Shown piece by piece: positions 18,076-27,748 of a stretch of DNA of 64,000 bases. The notes beneath the pieces are model-generated. The model worked only from the letters and a program-made list of their open reading frames with translations, was not told where the DNA came from and made no database searches. Source of the stretch: an uncultured Candidatus Saccharibacteria bacterium (lineage in GTDB: Bacteria > Patescibacteriota > Saccharimonadia > Saccharimonadales > AWTP1-31). The stretch spans positions 146,404-210,403 of the forward strand of contig CALCZR010000060.1 of assembly GCA_937903325.1 (NCBI GenBank), read 5' to 3'. The translations under genes and the position numbers were made by a program. Every line of letters starts with the position of its first letter. Position 1 is the first letter of the stretch.

Positions 18076-18714
18076 CTACACATCACACTCAAAAGGCAAC
18101 CCGTCTATCGGACGAACGACTGTCGTTTCCGTACCTGCAAACACACGATCTAAGCCATCGTAGATAGTACTGCGCCACTCATCATTCCACATCCAGTCAT
18201 GAATCGGTACGAGGTATTTTGGCTTGAGTTCCTGCCCCAACTCAAAGGCACGGATTGTCGTGCTCCACGGTGCCTGGACTGGCAGCAGTAAGATGTCTTT
18301 TGTTTCAGTAAAGTCATGAGTATCACCTGGGTCAGTAACCTTGCCAAAGCAGTGCACGATAAGGTTCTGTACTTGTACGCCAAAAGGCGTCACCTTAGCG
18401 TGTTCTACCGTGGTAACCTCAACATCTTCCGTGCCCTGGTCTGTTATGTTGGTTACGCCAAACACGCGTAGCTGCTCGTGAGCGTCTGCAGGAGCTATCC
18501 ACTGGGCATCGGGCTGCACTGCAACCAAAGCCTTCACAAAGGGTTCAGCAAGATGGTCCCCATGCTTATGAGTTACTACCACAGCAGTTAGTGTAGGTAG
18601 CTCCTCGAGTTTAACAAGCCCAGTCTGCCAGCTATATATTCCCGGACTAAGTAGGATTGCTTTACCGTTCTCTTCGAGCAACACGCATGAATGCGCGAAT
18701 TTAGTCAGTTTCAT
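18076..18714 (-). CDS. MBL-fold metallo-hydrolase
   Basis: VVVTHKHGDHL (HxHxDH) plus downstream His/Asp residues. Confidence 0.75.
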   Translation of the reverse strand: MKLTKFAHSCVLLEENGKAILLSPGIYSWQTGLVKLEELPTLTAVVVTHKHGDHLAEPFVKALVAVQPDAQWIAPADAHEQLRVFGVTNITDQGTEDVEVTTVEHAKVTPFGVQVQNLIVHCFGKVTDPGDTHDFTETKDILLLPVQAPWSTTIRAFELGQELKPKYLVPIHDWMWNDEWRSTIYDGLDRVFAGTETTVVRPIDGLPFECDV

Positions 18715-18745
18715 ATAGGTCTCCGTTCACTACTAGTATAGCGAA

Positions 18746-19510
18746 CTAGTCTATCCGGTAGAAGTGGGTGGCATTGAGTTTTTCGAATGGCTTCCAAATC
18801 TGTGTAGCCTTCTTGTGCGTCAGGGTACTGAGCTTCACGAGGATAACCAGTAGCATAGTAAGACCTGTACACAGCAGCGCTGTAACAAAACGCAGGAGCA
18901 TTCCTCCGCCGGTATCTAATAATAAGACAAAACTGAGGGTAATTGAGAAGAGCATCAGCATAATCATCCATTCGTTACTGTAAACTTTGTTGGTCATCTG
19001 CATAGCGAGTGCCGTACGATTCTGCTGGTTAGCCACTACCTTGTCGAGAAGTTTACGAACCCTTTCGGAGTCTGCGCCTTTATACTCAATGCAGTACGTA
19101 ATAATCGCCTCGTAGCGAGCTTCTGCAGCAGATTGATGTGAGTGCATACGCTTCTGCACATAGTCAGTAAACATCTGTTGTAATTGAGTACGCGTCTTAT
19201 CTGACATATCCTTGGTCGCCAGCATCATGTCAAAGATTGCATTAGCCTCAGATCGTACAATCTTATGCAGCTCTTCTACCCGACCCTTCTGGGCACCTAA
19301 GATAGGGGAAATGTAGAAGCCATACAGGAAGGAATTCACTGAAAATAGCGTTAGCGCACTACTTTCAAATGTATGTCGTGGCAAGAAGTGTGCCGCCACC
19401 GAATACAGAGCAAAGAAAAAGGCGAAATACCAACTCAGCCGCACCCTGGTTAACAAGAACTTTCGCATATACCCTAGTTTACCAATCAACGCTTTTGCTT
19501 GGCAATACAT
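18746..19510 (-). CDS. hypothetical membrane protein
   Basis: 254-aa ORF with N- and C-terminal TM pairs flanking a helical soluble segment. Confidence 0.45.
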   Translation of the reverse strand: MYCQAKALIGKLGYMRKFLLTRVRLSWYFAFFFALYSVAAHFLPRHTFESSALTLFSVNSFLYGFYISPILGAQKGRVEELHKIVRSEANAIFDMMLATKDMSDKTRTQLQQMFTDYVQKRMHSHQSAAEARYEAIITYCIEYKGADSERVRKLLDKVVANQQNRTALAMQMTNKVYSNEWMIMLMLFSITLSFVLLLDTGGGMLLRFVTALLCTGLTMLLVILVKLSTLTHKKATQIWKPFEKLNATHFYRID

Positions 19511-19538
19511 TAAGCCGTCACGATTTCTGGCTATCTTG

Positions 19539-19727
19539 CTAGTTAAACGGACCGCTTTTGGTCACTTGGCTACCAACACCGGCAATGGCGCCAAGCAGGA
19601 AGATGATGAACCCAATAATAGCCTTGGCAAAGATCGCGACAACAATTGCTACCACGACTAGCACTACAGCCGTGATTAGCAACTGCTGGCTTAACTGTGG
19701 TTTTGGTGGGATATCAAAGTCTGCCAT
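19539..19727 (-). CDS. small membrane protein
   Basis: 62 aa with two hydrophobic helices. It begins 1 nt after the rny stop, so it is probably co-transcribed. Confidence 0.4.
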   Translation of the reverse strand: MADFDIPPKPQLSQQLLITAVVLVVVAIVVAIFAKAIIGFIIFLLGAIAGVGSQVTKSGPFN

Positions 19728-19728
19728 A

Positions 19729-21243
19729 TTACTTAGCGAACTCTATTGCACGAGTTTCCCGGATTACATTTACCTTAATGGTTCCTGGGTACTGCATAGT
19801 GCTTTCGATCTTGGTAGCAATATCACGAGCCAATCGGATTGCAGATAGATCATCAACGTTCTGTGGCTTTACGAACACGCGAACTTCACGGCCGGCAGAG
19901 ATAGCATAGCTCTTATCAATTCCTTCAAAGCCGTTTGCAATATTCTCGAGCTCTTTCATACGTTCTGCAAAGTTCTCGGCGCTAATGTTACGAGCTCCAG
20001 GACGAGAGGCACTAATAGCATCTACTACTCTCACAATAACCGCTTCTACACTGGTTGTGTCTACATCGTCGTGGTGTTGTTCAGCAGCCAAAGCCACTGC
20101 TTCAGGAGCACCATACTTCCGGAGCATCTCACCACTAATATGGTGGTGCTTGCCTTCCATCTTGTGAGTCAATGCCTTACCAAGGTCGTGAACAAGTGCA
20201 GCATACTTAGTAACACGTACGTCAGCACCAACCTCTTCAGCGATAACACCAGCAATATGGGCCATTTCAGTAGAGTGCTTCAGAACGTTCTGACCATAGC
20301 TGGTTCGGTACTTAAGCTCACCGAGCAACTGCAAGACTTCTTTTGGTATTCCAATTACGCCAACTTCACGTGCAGCGTCTTCACCGGCACGAACAACATC
20401 TTTCTGGACAACTTTCTGAGCTTTGTCGACAATTTCTTCAATGCGCCCCGGATGAATACGGCCATCTTTCATGAGCATCTCAAGTGCCTGCCGAGCCACT
20501 TCACGGCGAACAGGATCAAAGGAACTGAGGATGATCATACCAGGAGTATCATCAACCATAATGTCGACACCAGTCGCTCTTTGCAGAGCCTGGATGTTTC
20601 GACCTTCCTTACCGATAATACGACCCTTCATCTCTTCGTCTTCCAGCTTCACAGCAGTTACGGTACGTTCTGCTGTTACTTCACTCGCCATACGCTCCAT
20701 AGCAGAGGTAATAATCACGGCTGCTTGCTCTTCGGCTGCATCGCGAGCTTCGTTCTGGAGCTTCGAAACAAGTCCGGTTAGGTCATTCTTAATGTCCCGT
20801 TCGGTCATTTTCATGAGCTTATCGGCAGCATCTTCTTTAGTAAGCTTAGCTACTTTTTCAAGCTTATCTTGCTGCTTCTTCCGAATATCTCGAATTTCGT
20901 TCTTGAGGTCCTCAAGTTCATCTTCTGCTTTGCGAAGATTCTCACCACGCTTATCGAGCTGGTCAAGTTTCTTGTCGAGAGACTCTTGTCGCTCGAGTAG
21001 TTTACGTTCGATTTCTTTTGCTTCACGGCGACGAGTCTGCTCATCTTTACGGGCATCTTCGGCCATCTTAGCCGCTTCTTCCCGTGCTTCAGCAATTTGC
21101 TTCTCGGCTTCCTTCTTAGCTTTCTTCAGCTCTTTGTCTGCTGCATCCTGTGCTCCACCAAGCTTCTTTTTTGTTATGACTGTATTGGCACCAAAGCCAA
21201 TACCAAGACCAGCCACTGCAAGTACAATGGTAATTGGATCCAT
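19729..21243 (-). CDS. rny: ribonuclease Y
   Basis: N-terminal TM segment, long K/E coiled coil, KH domain (GRIIGKEGRNIQALQRATGVD), HD domain (HDLGKA). Confidence 0.93.
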   Translation of the reverse strand: MDPITIVLAVAGLGIGFGANTVITKKKLGGAQDAADKELKKAKKEAEKQIAEAREEAAKMAEDARKDEQTRRREAKEIERKLLERQESLDKKLDQLDKRGENLRKAEDELEDLKNEIRDIRKKQQDKLEKVAKLTKEDAADKLMKMTERDIKNDLTGLVSKLQNEARDAAEEQAAVIITSAMERMASEVTAERTVTAVKLEDEEMKGRIIGKEGRNIQALQRATGVDIMVDDTPGMIILSSFDPVRREVARQALEMLMKDGRIHPGRIEEIVDKAQKVVQKDVVRAGEDAAREVGVIGIPKEVLQLLGELKYRTSYGQNVLKHSTEMAHIAGVIAEEVGADVRVTKYAALVHDLGKALTHKMEGKHHHISGEMLRKYGAPEAVALAAEQHHDDVDTTSVEAVIVRVVDAISASRPGARNISAENFAERMKELENIANGFEGIDKSYAISAGREVRVFVKPQNVDDLSAIRLARDIATKIESTMQYPGTIKVNVIRETRAIEFAK

Positions 21244-21423
21244 GTCTCTCCCTTTCTATTCTCACAGCACCCGAATGGCGATCACTCTCACTTCATTAGC
21301 CAACGGTATCTGTTATGTCGATATTAAGTAATGTCTGAACGTTGGATAAAATCCTACCTCTAGGATACCACAAGCTCGTATGAAGCAAGGTATGTAATAC
21401 CTCTCTCACAAGTTTTACTATAT

Positions 21424-23034
21424 TTAACGCCTAGAAGATTTTACTAACTTACCAACAGACTTAGAATACTTCGACAAAGCCAAAATGCCGCTAGCAGCTG
21501 CAGTCGTAACCACGAGAACTGCGAAGGGATTGTTCTTAAGTAGCATGAAACCGGTAGCTGGTACGGAAGGGACGGTTTGTAGTGTAAGCGTTACATCGTT
21601 ACCGTCCCCGCCCTTATAACTAATCTTGAAGACAAAACCATCTACTGTCAGCGTGGCGCCTTCAGGAAGATCACCGAAAATACCATCTACCGCATCTGTG
21701 CCATCGTTATCGATAATAGTAAACGCACTCCCGGCCTTTGGTTTGTATTGCCCAGGCAGGGATACGCGTAATTTTGGAGCAACACCATTTACTTTTAATA
21801 CTACGGTGCCGCTAACTTTTAGTTGGTCGTATTCGCTACAAGCCGTAGTGCCTTGGATCTCAGCTTGGTACTCACCGCCATCTATCATAAGATCACCTGA
21901 ACTTAAACAACCGGGAGAATTACCGGGGGCTACTATACCGCCCGGTCCAACGTATATCTCTTCTATGAATTTGCCTGTGCCCTTTAATACCCCCCTGGCT
22001 TCGACAAACACTCTTTTATACGTTCCAGTAACAATCCCGATTATGTTTTTTGCAATAGTTAATGAGTCATCTGGTGAGTTTGCGTCGTAGGTAATAGTTG
22101 TAATAGGTCGCTCATATATACCATTTGGGGTGGCCGATTGGTTATTGGGAGAGTCAATGGTTAGCAGCCCCGAAGAATATGCAGACATGTTAACAGCATA
22201 GGATCCAGATAAAACACTATTCAAATTAACGTTGGCATTGGTTCTTATAGTTGTACTGTTATCGAAGTATATGTAACCATCAAAGGTTACTGAATAGTCA
22301 TCACAATAATCTGAGTCACACGGCGCATCAAAGAAAATAGAGGGTCGTTCTGGGTCATTAGTATCATGTGCAAGATAGAACGTGCCCGAGATAGTGGCGT
22401 CCGTTAATTCCTCTGGGAACTGTATAACCATCTGGCTTTCTGGGAATATACGTGTATTAGCACTAACGCCTAGTGCAGTCGGGCTAGTGATAATCAGGGT
22501 GGCACCGTTTGACACATTTGCACCACCGGTGAAGGTATTGTTTCCAGTGAATTTAATTGTGCCGTCTCCAGTTATACTCAGGCCGCCGCCGCCGCTAAGC
22601 ACCCCGGTAACATAGATGCTATTAACCATTTCAGCAGAAAAGGCCTGCAAACCAGACAGTTCTATTGGCAGACTCAGCGTAGCATTGGCGCTTCCACCAG
22701 TAACTTCATTAAGAATACCTCCTGTCAGCGTGATTGAATTACCAGATAGGACGTAATTACTACCGCTAACATAGCTCCCACTAAAGCTTATCGTACCGAA
22801 TGTCGTACCTGCCGAATAGTTATTTACAACCGTCCGCACCGAAGCACTCTGAGGGAAAACGAGTGAATCACTAGCAGTAGGTGCCACGTCCCCACTCCAG
22901 TTTTCTGGAGTTGCCATATTAGTATTACTCCCCGCTCCTGTCCAAGTACGAGTCGCGGCAGAAACACTGTTACCCCGCGACAGAACACTAACAGCAATAA
23001 GGAGTGAAAGGGTAATTAGTTTTTTGTAGCTCAT
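21424..23034 (-). CDS. sortase-substrate cell-surface protein (autotransporter-associated beta-strand-repeat-like)
   Basis: Signal peptide, TWTGAGSNTNMATPENWSG opening, Gly/Asn/Thr-rich beta repeats, and C-terminal YKGGDGNDVTLT followed by VPATG, a hydrophobic helix and an SSRR tail. Confidence 0.7.
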   Translation of the reverse strand: MSYKKLITLSLLIAVSVLSRGNSVSAATRTWTGAGSNTNMATPENWSGDVAPTASDSLVFPQSASVRTVVNNYSAGTTFGTISFSGSYVSGSNYVLSGNSITLTGGILNEVTGGSANATLSLPIELSGLQAFSAEMVNSIYVTGVLSGGGGLSITGDGTIKFTGNNTFTGGANVSNGATLIITSPTALGVSANTRIFPESQMVIQFPEELTDATISGTFYLAHDTNDPERPSIFFDAPCDSDYCDDYSVTFDGYIYFDNSTTIRTNANVNLNSVLSGSYAVNMSAYSSGLLTIDSPNNQSATPNGIYERPITTITYDANSPDDSLTIAKNIIGIVTGTYKRVFVEARGVLKGTGKFIEEIYVGPGGIVAPGNSPGCLSSGDLMIDGGEYQAEIQGTTACSEYDQLKVSGTVVLKVNGVAPKLRVSLPGQYKPKAGSAFTIIDNDGTDAVDGIFGDLPEGATLTVDGFVFKISYKGGDGNDVTLTLQTVPSVPATGFMLLKNNPFAVLVVTTAAASGILALSKYSKSVGKLVKSSRR

Positions 23035-23036
23035 AT

Positions 23037-23936
23037 CTATATTTGCTCCGCGAATACTGTTACACGCTGTTCATATTGTCCGGTCGTAGCATTATATTTA
23101 CCGGTGCAGGTAATGAGATTCAAACCAGCCTTCCCGGCACTAACAGAAGTTAATGCAGCAGCCATGTCGGTATCAGAAGCAGCAGAAGTCACACTCTTGA
23201 CTACCGAGTAGTTAAATTTCTGCCCGTCGCCACGCTCTATTTCAATAACGTCACCAGCCTTGAGGTCCTTAATCCGGTTAAATACACCCTTTGCCGTTGG
23301 CCCGGCAACATGGCCATCGAGCAGCATTGCTCCGCCCTGACCAGGCTTACTACTATTTTCATACCAGCCAGCGTCATACACGTTACCGGGAGCTTTGAGG
23401 GCACCGGTCCTCGTGAGTCCTTGGCGCTGCACGCGAGCGTACACTCCAAGTTTGTTAATACGTATGTATCGAGGAAGGCTTGGATCCACTGCGTAACTTC
23501 CCATTGCAGCCTGACTTGGCTTGTCTTCTTTTGGCACCCCTTCGTCGCCTTGCTCAGCACGATTAACTACACTCTGAACTTGAGCTTCGACATGCTTATT
23601 AGTCTTTAGGCCTAGAACAGCAACTCCGATACCAAACAGGAACACCATAGATGCCATAGCCATCATGACTTTCTGACCAGATGGCTTACTAACTTTTCGT
23701 TTACTCTTAACAGCCGCCGGCCGAGTTGTAGTACGTTGCAAGACCTGTGACTTTGCTTGTCTTTGAGCAGCAGGCTTGGCGCTCGATGCTTTTCGTAAAA
23801 CAGGTGCATAGATATCACTAATGCCCCGTACTGCAACCTGACGAGTCCGGGGCTTCACAAAATGCGAACCACGGCCCAAGTCACGGAAGCGACCGGAAAA
23901 TGCAGGATTATCTAGTGTTATGCGAGCGGTAGACAT
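23037..23936 (-). CDS. sortase (transpeptidase) with long disordered N-terminal region and TM anchor
   Basis: LLDGHVAGP (His), LNLITCTG (TLxTC Cys), RVTVFAE (Arg). Confidence 0.8.
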   Translation of the reverse strand: MSTARITLDNPAFSGRFRDLGRGSHFVKPRTRQVAVRGISDIYAPVLRKASSAKPAAQRQAKSQVLQRTTTRPAAVKSKRKVSKPSGQKVMMAMASMVFLFGIGVAVLGLKTNKHVEAQVQSVVNRAEQGDEGVPKEDKPSQAAMGSYAVDPSLPRYIRINKLGVYARVQRQGLTRTGALKAPGNVYDAGWYENSSKPGQGGAMLLDGHVAGPTAKGVFNRIKDLKAGDVIEIERGDGQKFNYSVVKSVTSAASDTDMAAALTSVSAGKAGLNLITCTGKYNATTGQYEQRVTVFAEQI

Positions 23937-24005
23937 ATTGTTTTTTGTTTTTGTGTTGTTTATTTTTACGAACTTTTCGAATTGGACAGAAAGTATTTAT
24001 CGAAA

Positions 24006-25625
24006 CTAACGGCGAGCGCGCTTAGTAGCCGGCTTCATGCGTCGGGACATAACCAGGATTGTACCAGCGGCAGCGGCAGTCAGACCAAGCGTCAGTGCAG
24101 GGTTGTTAAGCAGCAAGCTAAAGCCAGTGTCAGGAGTGCCAGCAGTAACAACCGTAAGAACTACGTCGTTACCGTCTCCGCCTTTGTAACTAATCTTCAG
24201 AACTGCACCGTTTGGAGCCTTGAAGGTAGCGCCTTCTGCAAGATCCTTGAAAGTACCTACCACAGCATCGGTTCCGTCGTTATCGAGAATAGTGAAAGTA
24301 GTTCCAGCAGCAGGATTGTACTTATCAAGGAAATCAACCTTAAGGGTACTAGTGGACGGGGTATTGTTGCTAAGTTGCAGATTTACTACTCCAGTAATCT
24401 TCAGCTGATCATATTCAGTACAGACAGTCTTACCTTTTGCCTCAAACTGGTATTCACCACTTAATGTTAACTCATCTGCAGCTAGACAGCCTGGGCTCAT
24501 GCCTGGAGCAACAGCACCACCTTGTTGCACAACTAACTCACCACCTTTAAGAGTTCCAGTTCCTTTTAATAGTCCGCCCTTCAGGACAGTGGCGCCGCCA
24601 TACTTACCAGTCAGGATGGCAATTTCATTTTTGCCTACTGTTATAAAATCATTTGGAGCATCTTGGTCATATGTGGTTGTCTTAGCTGGCGCTTCGGTAG
24701 TTCCATTCGGTGTTTGCGAACCATTATCTGACGAGTTAATCACCAACTGGCCTGGATCACCGTTAGCCAAGCTTATAGTATGAGCGCCAGAAAGTGAGCC
24801 CGTAAGAGTAACCTTACTACCGAAGGTACTGACCAATACGTTTGCACCTAAGACGATAGCTCCTGAAAAAGTTATATCACCAGAACAACCGGCATGGTTA
24901 CAAGCAGCAGACGCGTAGAGACTCGAGTCACTCCCGTACTGTGAGATTACTGCAGCAGAGTTAATGGTTAGTGGTTCACCAATAGTCTGACCGCCATCTT
25001 CTAGCCGAAATTCAATTCCTGCATCAGCAGCAACCGTTGTGCCACCTGCCGGCGAACCCAGACCATTGACGTGACTCACACTGACTCGGCCGGCATTGAC
25101 TGCGACGTTTCCCAGAAAAGTATTGTCACCACCAAAGTCCAGATAACTCGTACCGGTCTTAGCAATGTCGCTTGACCCACTAATAACGCCACCAAGGCTC
25201 AACCCTCTTGTTGTATTAAAAGTCACTGAGGAGCTGAGTGCTACATTAAGATTAACAACTTGATTGGTACTGCTGGAGTTAGTCATTCCTGAAGTTAGTG
25301 CAATAGCATTGCCTTCAATTATATAGTAGACAGTCCCTGTGCCACTGAATGTTATTGAAGCAAATGATGTACCGGCAGTTATATCATTTGTCAGGGTTTT
25401 ATCCCCGCTTCCTGCAGTTGGGAATACCAGGCTGTCACCAGCTCCAGGCACCGCTTCACCATCGCTTGTACAGCTCCAGTTGGCGGCCGTATTCCAGTTA
25501 TTATTACTCGACCCGTCCCACGTACAGGTATCTACGGCTGCGCTGGCAATCGCAGGCGCCAAGACGAACAGGGACGACAGACTTATGACGAATGCGCTGA
25601 CGCCTGATAGAATTCTTTTAATCAT
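24006..25625 (-). CDS. sortase-substrate cell-surface protein, paralog of 21424-23034
   Basis: Same architecture: TWDGSSNNNWNTAANWS opening, YKGGDGNDVVLT, then TPDTG, a hydrophobic helix and a KRARR tail. Confidence 0.7.
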   Translation of the reverse strand: MIKRILSGVSAFVISLSSLFVLAPAIASAAVDTCTWDGSSNNNWNTAANWSCTSDGEAVPGAGDSLVFPTAGSGDKTLTNDITAGTSFASITFSGTGTVYYIIEGNAIALTSGMTNSSSTNQVVNLNVALSSSVTFNTTRGLSLGGVISGSSDIAKTGTSYLDFGGDNTFLGNVAVNAGRVSVSHVNGLGSPAGGTTVAADAGIEFRLEDGGQTIGEPLTINSAAVISQYGSDSSLYASAACNHAGCSGDITFSGAIVLGANVLVSTFGSKVTLTGSLSGAHTISLANGDPGQLVINSSDNGSQTPNGTTEAPAKTTTYDQDAPNDFITVGKNEIAILTGKYGGATVLKGGLLKGTGTLKGGELVVQQGGAVAPGMSPGCLAADELTLSGEYQFEAKGKTVCTEYDQLKITGVVNLQLSNNTPSTSTLKVDFLDKYNPAAGTTFTILDNDGTDAVVGTFKDLAEGATFKAPNGAVLKISYKGGDGNDVVLTVVTAGTPDTGFSLLLNNPALTLGLTAAAAGTILVMSRRMKPATKRARR

Positions 25626-25721
25626 TTTGTTTTCCTTTTTTGATTTTAGTAAGGCTTACCCTAAGCGTAAGCAATGCAACATCCCATGTCAAGAAAATTG
25701 TTGCATAAAACTACGTAAATA

Positions 25722-26114
25722 TTATTTACGTTGCTGCGTAATGTGCACGGGAGCGCCGTACTCCGGCAGGACAACCTTTTGGTCACTGCCACTCAAAAGC
25801 AAATCAAGCCCCGTTCGAATCCAATCGTCTCCCGTAGTGCCAACAATTGCCGCTGCCAGGCTAGCGGCCAGTGCATTAGCAGCACTTAGTCCTATGCGCA
25901 GCCCCGTAAAGCTACCAGGCCCCTGGTAGCAAATGAGTCCCTGGATATCTGCCCAGTCCTTGCCCTGCTGTTCTAGTAGCTCCTTAATCTTGGAATGAAG
26001 AGTCTCGGCTAACTGCCGGTGGGCTTCCCATGTAACATACGCCAGCTGCTCTTGGTCATTATACAAACCAATCTCGGCTTCTGGTTTATCTGTGCGTATC
26101 GTTAGTGTCAGCAT
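25722..26114 (-). CDS. tsaB: tRNA t6A37 biosynthesis protein TsaB (short, N-terminal-domain-only form)
   Basis: ICYQGPGSFTGLRIGLSAANALA. Confidence 0.75.
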   Translation of the reverse strand: MLTLTIRTDKPEAEIGLYNDQEQLAYVTWEAHRQLAETLHSKIKELLEQQGKDWADIQGLICYQGPGSFTGLRIGLSAANALAASLAAAIVGTTGDDWIRTGLDLLLSGSDQKVVLPEYGAPVHITQQRK

Positions 26115-26129
26115 AGCGCTGATTATACG

Positions 26130-27218
26130 CTATCGCTCACTACCAGTGGTAGTAGATGCAGTACATGTTGGGTCAACTGTATTCTGGACACGGCGATATA
26201 TGTCAGCCATAGCGTCCTGCTCTTCTTTGCTATAGTCATATGGCGCATCAATAACGATTCGGTCTGCCGGCACACCGCGCTTAACAAGCTCAGTCTTTAC
26301 TTTTTCGGATCGCTCATTAGCAAGTTTTTTACCAGAGGCTTGAGTTGCATCGCTACCAAACGTGGATCCTTGTAAACGGAACTTCCACTGTTTGTTTTCA
26401 TTGTGCTTAGCAAAATCAGCCCAGTCATCATACACAGACGTAAATGAATCTTCGTTAGTGGTATCGGGCTTGAAGAACATGTCGCCCGTTTTATTAAGCG
26501 TAATCTTAACTGGATCATAGGTATCATCAAACGTCACAGTAGATGGTTGCTTGTTATATTCAAACCATTTGTAGTCATCCTGAGTTAAACAGGCAAGCGT
26601 AGATGCTGTTTTTTCGGTATCAGCTGTCGTATCTGCCTCGGTACTGTTTGAAGTAGCGCCGTTACCTGGAACCAAGGCCAATTCCTTTGTGTCGTACACG
26701 AATCCATCCAGATACCACTTACCACCGTCATTAATCATCTCAGTTCGTGCTGAGATGTAGGCACCAGCCTTTAGGGTGAATAGCGCGTAGAACTTGTCGT
26801 CCTTCTTGGTTGACTCTTTATATGAGTAGCTACCTTTTACCTTTTCGGATGCACCAGTTAGGAATGCCTTATCTTCAGCGTCACCACCGTTCTTTACGAA
26901 GGTCATAGCCTGCGTAACATCGCCAGTAGTAATTGCCTTCATAAATCCATCAGCCCGACCTTTAGCTTGGAGGCTGGCTAAAGCAGGAAGCACTATAAAG
27001 AATGAAAGTAGTGCAAGGACTACTACGGCGATTCCACCAAACAGGAAGAACTTCTTCTTCCCGCCTGCCGAACTACCAGTCGTATTAAAAGATGTTGGCC
27101 GTACAGAAGGAGCAGCTTGTGGAACTGGATCTGGGGTAGGTGTTGGCGTTAGGGGCCGTGGTGGTGCAACCGGTTGTTGTGGAGTTGAATCCGGTGTCGT
27201 TGGCGTGGTAGGGTTCAC
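26130..27218 (-). CDS. membrane-anchored protein with C-terminal OmpA-like peptidoglycan-binding motif
   Basis: Pro/Thr-rich N-terminus, one TM segment, and C-terminal KLANERSEKVKTELVKRGVPADRIVI resembling OmpA_C. Confidence 0.4.
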   Translation of the reverse strand: MNPTTPTTPDSTPQQPVAPPRPLTPTPTPDPVPQAAPSVRPTSFNTTGSSAGGKKKFFLFGGIAVVVLALLSFFIVLPALASLQAKGRADGFMKAITTGDVTQAMTFVKNGGDAEDKAFLTGASEKVKGSYSYKESTKKDDKFYALFTLKAGAYISARTEMINDGGKWYLDGFVYDTKELALVPGNGATSNSTEADTTADTEKTASTLACLTQDDYKWFEYNKQPSTVTFDDTYDPVKITLNKTGDMFFKPDTTNEDSFTSVYDDWADFAKHNENKQWKFRLQGSTFGSDATQASGKKLANERSEKVKTELVKRGVPADRIVIDAPYDYSKEEQDAMADIYRRVQNTVDPTCTASTTTGSER

Positions 27219-27268
27219 GAATAACCTTTCTGCTTATGTTTTCTGCATTGTAGCAGAACTAGAACAGT

Positions 27269-27748
27269 CTAAACAATCGACGCAAGCATTATTTGACTCT
27301 TTGGACCACCGCTAGCTAGCCGAAGTGCCCTAGTCATTTCACCCGTAGAAGTAATATGTAGCGTCAACCTATCTGCAGGTAAGACATCTTGCACAATATC
27401 CGCCCACTCTATAATTGTGATCGTATCCGGATCATTGAGCGATTCGGCCAATTCAAACTCGAGGATTCCTGGATCATGTAGTCGGTAAAAGTCATAGTGC
27501 ACAATACGTTTATTTCCGCTTACGTACTCTTTACTCACCGTAAACGTTGGACTAGCCACCTTATCTGCGCTACCAAAACCACGTGCGATACCACGAACCA
27601 AAGTCGTCTTACCACCACCAAGATCGCTCATAAGTTCAATAATCTCGCCCCCGCGTAGCTGCCGACCTATGGCCTCACCGAGCTTTTCGGTCTCCTCGGA
27701 GCTTGCGGTAGAAACTGATAACGTCTTGTCGGTACTCATATGCTCCAT
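27269..27748 (-). CDS. tsaE: tRNA t6A37 biosynthesis ATPase TsaE
   Basis: LMSDLGGGKTTLVRGIARG, VASPTFT, HYDFYRL. Confidence 0.85.
   Translation of the reverse strand: MEHMSTDKTLSVSTASSEETEKLGEAIGRQLRGGEIIELMSDLGGGKTTLVRGIARGFGSADKVASPTFTVSKEYVSGNKRIVHYDFYRLHDPGILEFELAESLNDPDTITIIEWADIVQDVLPADRLTLHITSTGEMTRALRLASGGPKSQIMLASIV

Noticed and set aside
20471-21331. A 286-aa plus-strand ORF (with others at 20071-20781 and 21097-21327) lies opposite rny.
   Set aside because: These are antisense shadows of the K/E-rich coiled-coil region of RNase Y. The products are Ser-rich and low-complexity, and there is no SD.
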